A stretch of 63,473 bases of DNA, filler included, from Collodictyon triciliatum (Eukaryota), in NCBI GenBank assembly GCA_043381765.1. It is 4 parts of 4 records of this genome, joined end to end, with 100 filler letters (N's around TTAATTAATTAA, not from the genome) between each part and the next. Parts side by side here need not be neighbours in the genome. Positions count along the whole stretch, not along the records: positions 54,744 to 63,473 come from JBHJMP010001595.1; 3 more parts are not named here. One strand, given 5' to 3'. The notes beneath the pieces are model-generated. The model had not been told where the DNA came from. It did not search any database and was given only the letters and a program-made list of their open reading frames with translations. Both the position numbers and the translations under genes were made by a program. This document shows positions 60,492 to 63,473 of this stretch, piece after piece (the stretch's first letter is position 1; each line of letters begins with the position of its first letter).

Positions 60492-61058
60492 CGTGAGCGA
60501 TCCGTCGCTCCATGAGGCAGGGCTTGCTTGTCTCTTGCAGGCGTCAAACTGTTGGGAATCCCTGGATGAGAATCCTCTGCCGAAGCGGCCGCTACATCGT
60601 GTAATCACAAATCCATACACACCATCACAATTGCGCTCCAATTACCGCATTCTTCCCACATCCGAACAGCATAGTTGATGCACGGTTGGTAGTCTTCGAC
60701 TTATAAAATGAAAAGAAAATCCTCGTGGCAAAAGAAGTAAAGCCAGAAGACAAACTTAATATGTGTACATATTTATTGTGGGCAACTATATTTTTGAATA
60801 TTGGTGCTGACACTTTAGTACAATTGGAATATTGTTCGTGTATATTTTAAATTCCACATCGGTTCACTTCGTCATCAATCCAGCGCGAGCGGCCCACACA
60901 ACCTCCTGGGTGGCGTTGTCGATGTGTGTGGTGTGAGTCTAATCAAAGTCGTCCTGGGAGGAGTTGTATTCCTTTCGCAGGTGATCGTGAAGTCTGACCC
61001 ACTCGACCGCCCGACAACACTGCTAAAATCTACGCATCAACTTGGATAGAGAGCAAGT

Positions 61059-61464
61059 ATGAGGACTGAGTCGAGCGCGTGGGATAAAATCAAAGGAGGC
61101 GCGGTTCTGGGCGCGGGTCTTGGAGGTATGTGTTTTCGTCCGTGTCTTTTTTTTTTTGTTTGTTTTTTTGGCGCTGCTCTCTGTCTTTTCCGCTCTCTAT
61201 TGACTATCTCTTTGTGCAAACAACATAGCCTCGGTGGGCGTAGTCTTTGGATCTGTAGCAGGGTTTATGAACCGCAAGGAGGTCTCCTTTTTTGAGACTC
61301 TGGGCAAAGTCACTATATCCACCTCAGCCACCTTCGCAGTCTTCGTAGCTGTTGGTACGGTGGCCCCTTTCTCTCACAATCCCCCATTCGATTCTCTTTC
61401 CGATTCGTTCTCGTCTTGCTTTCGGCTGTTGATACATAGACTTATTGATTGTCTAGGCGCATGA
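61059..61464 (+). CDS. ROMO1: Romo1/Mgr2 family mitochondrial inner-membrane protein, 3 exons
   Basis: SAWDKIKGGAVLGAGLG|ASVGVVFGSVAGFM...LGKVTISTSATFAVFVAVG matches the Romo1 pattern (DxxKxG...G...FG...GK....ATFxxFxAxG). The last exon ends at 61464 or 61483. Confidence 0.75.
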
Positions 61465-61861
61465 AGCACTATTTGCTTACTAAAAATGAGGCCACAGGCA
61501 GCGTCCTCCGCAGCAGCAACGAGCTGATTCACCTGAAAAACGAGCGCAAGGCCATCTTCGCCCCACATCCAGATATGAGATACAAGCGCATTGTGCGCCC
61601 GGTACAGTCACAAGACGAATGAGTCAGATATCACGAACGGATGGCATGGAAAAAAATATGAATTGAATAAAATATTAAGAAACAGTGAAACATGGGCTAC
61701 TTCCCTTGCGAATGGATTGCATCCAACCCGCTAGTTTGCTTCGTTTTCGTTTCCAGAAGATATGCATTCAAATCAGCTATTATTAACCTTTGGCTTTTTA
61801 TGTCCAGACATATCCCGAGTGGTCAAATGGTAGGCAGGTTGTTGACTGTATTTCATCTCCT

Positions 61862-63272
61862 CTACTGGCCAAACTGGCTTTTTTGGAGCCAAAGAGGCAG
61901 TTTCTTCCCCATTAAAAAGAGTTTGTTCTGATGTTCTTTCATGCTTTCATCCAGCAAGTGCTGTATTATGTATATGTTCAGTTAATGGTATGCATTCATG
62001 TTAAGTACTAATCCGATTTTTCGCCCATAAATATATCATAAAGGTTGGTAATTTATTTATTTCTTTAGTTAAAAAATATATTATACAAGCTATCTGCAAA
62101 CAATCAGATGCACACGCATGAATATTTTGCTATAAATTGGTGAAATATTGTTCTTATTCAACTTGTATGCGAAATAGCACCGTGTAATGGGCAAAAACAT
62201 AGCCCGTTGCATAAGCATCAAAGCCAGCGGAATGCGAGCCGTTGGAAACTGTTTTTTGAGCCTGATGATATAATTATAATTTGTCATATCACTCTTCTTT
62301 TCTTTTTTTTCTTTTTTTACTAAGGTAATAAAATATTATAAAATTTGAATCTGAATAATTTTTGAAAAATTGAATTATCTCTTATATCTCATATATCAGC
62401 GCGTCAGACTTTCCTACTATTAAATTAAATACCTTATTCAGTATAAAAAGAAATGTGTGTACCTGCTTTGGATTGGGTTTCGAATTCGATGCACTTGGTT
62501 CCCCTTTCACTAGTCCGGAAATAAAAGCACAATGTAAATGGAAGAAAAATTGGAAGCAAAGTTGTCTCTTGATGACCAGTGCATATAGATCGAAGCATTT
62601 TTTGTGCCCAAATGAAACTCGACGAACCATTCTCTTGTGACCCGCTAACCTCAGCATCTGTGGTTTTTCGTTTCTTGCCCGATGTAAATATGTCCTCTTT
62701 CCAGATTATATCATTAACTATACATTTATACATAATATGGTTAACGGGACGGACTTTAGCGTCGAATAAGTGGTTAAGAAGTTTAAGGAGTGTTCGGAAA
62801 AACCAATCAATTCACAGAATCATTATGGAACCGAACCGTCATGACTAAGCTCACAGACTAATTCACGAGGACAGAAGCCACTTTGCTAATGAAGAATGTT
62901 CAAAAAATCAAATGTATTATCGATAGCGTACCTAGTCGAAAGAAAAATATCCAATCAGATCTGAATTTTTCATGACATACCAAAAACCGTGCACATATAT
63001 GTTGGGGCTTGTCAGATATCTCTCTTAGGATTACTAAATAATCCTATGTATGGAATGAAGGGATAAGCAGAGTTATTTAAGGCCACTAATATATGAATTG
63101 ATTTATTGTTCAAAAATACAAATAATATCTAAATATTCAACTGAAGTATCATATATATTAGAGTTTTTAAGAAAAAGAAAAAACAACCTCTTCTTTTACA
63201 ATTCCTCCAAAATAGTTGTGTCTATCCATCGTTTCGTCACTAGTTCTCATTTTAGCGACTCTTGACCAACTG
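61862..63272 (-). CDS. TOE1: TOE1 (CAF1/DEDD-family deadenylase with CCCH finger), 3' portion; gene continues past the window end
   Basis: Spliced exons: HICARFL|QSGFCPRELVCELSHD (C-x8-C-x5-C-x3-H), KKRK basic stretch, GSHSAGFDAYATGYVFA, and NKLFLMGKKLPLWLQKSQFGQ* (stop at 61862-61864). Confidence 0.85.
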
Positions 63273-63387
63273 GGGAAAAAATTGAATAATTTTATTTTTA
63301 AAAAAACTAGGCATATAGAAAATACAACCCTCGTCAGCTGAATCAGGTAGAGGGGAGATATGAATTAGAAGGGGACCAAAGTGGTTC

Positions 63388-63433
<46 letters not shown>

Positions 63434-63473
63434 AGAATAGGGGTATTTTTTATTTTAAAAATTAAAATTCAAC

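Noticed and set aside
1-63473. CRISPR array, rRNA or tRNA genes
   Set aside because: I saw no repeat-spacer periodicity and recognised no rRNA or cloverleaf sequences by eye. A tRNAscan/Infernal run would be needed to exclude small RNAs.

Overview
This is AT-rich, intron-dense eukaryotic (protist-like) nuclear DNA with canonical GT-AG introns and many simple repeats. The window is not contiguous: three identical artificial spacers (44N-TTAATTAATTAA-44N) join four unrelated pieces (1-22044, 22145-38825, 38926-54643, 54744-63473). Spliced genes recognised by manual translation: ArfGAP2/3 (Glo3), a large coiled-coil protein, a VIT-vWA protein, an SGNH/PC-esterase-like protein, a ZnT1-like CDF zinc transporter, a degenerate CE4 polysaccharide deacetylase, MOK/LF4 kinase, a PX-BAR sorting nexin, Mis12, an ankyrin protein, a GH18 chitinase, ALDH6A1, a Myb factor, a CYP4-like P450, Romo1/Mgr2 and the 3' part of TOE1. 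Mobile DNA includes a decayed Fanzor1 (eukaryotic TnpB-like RNA-guided nuclease) with a structured downstream region that may be its omegaRNA, and a LINE 3' fragment. The most unusual signal is four exact copies of the 18-mer ACTTTGAATCGAATAAAG. Each copy is followed by a short, variable A-rich tail and flanked by its own direct repeat, which suggests micro-retroinsertions, possibly of spliced-leader-capped RNA 5' ends.
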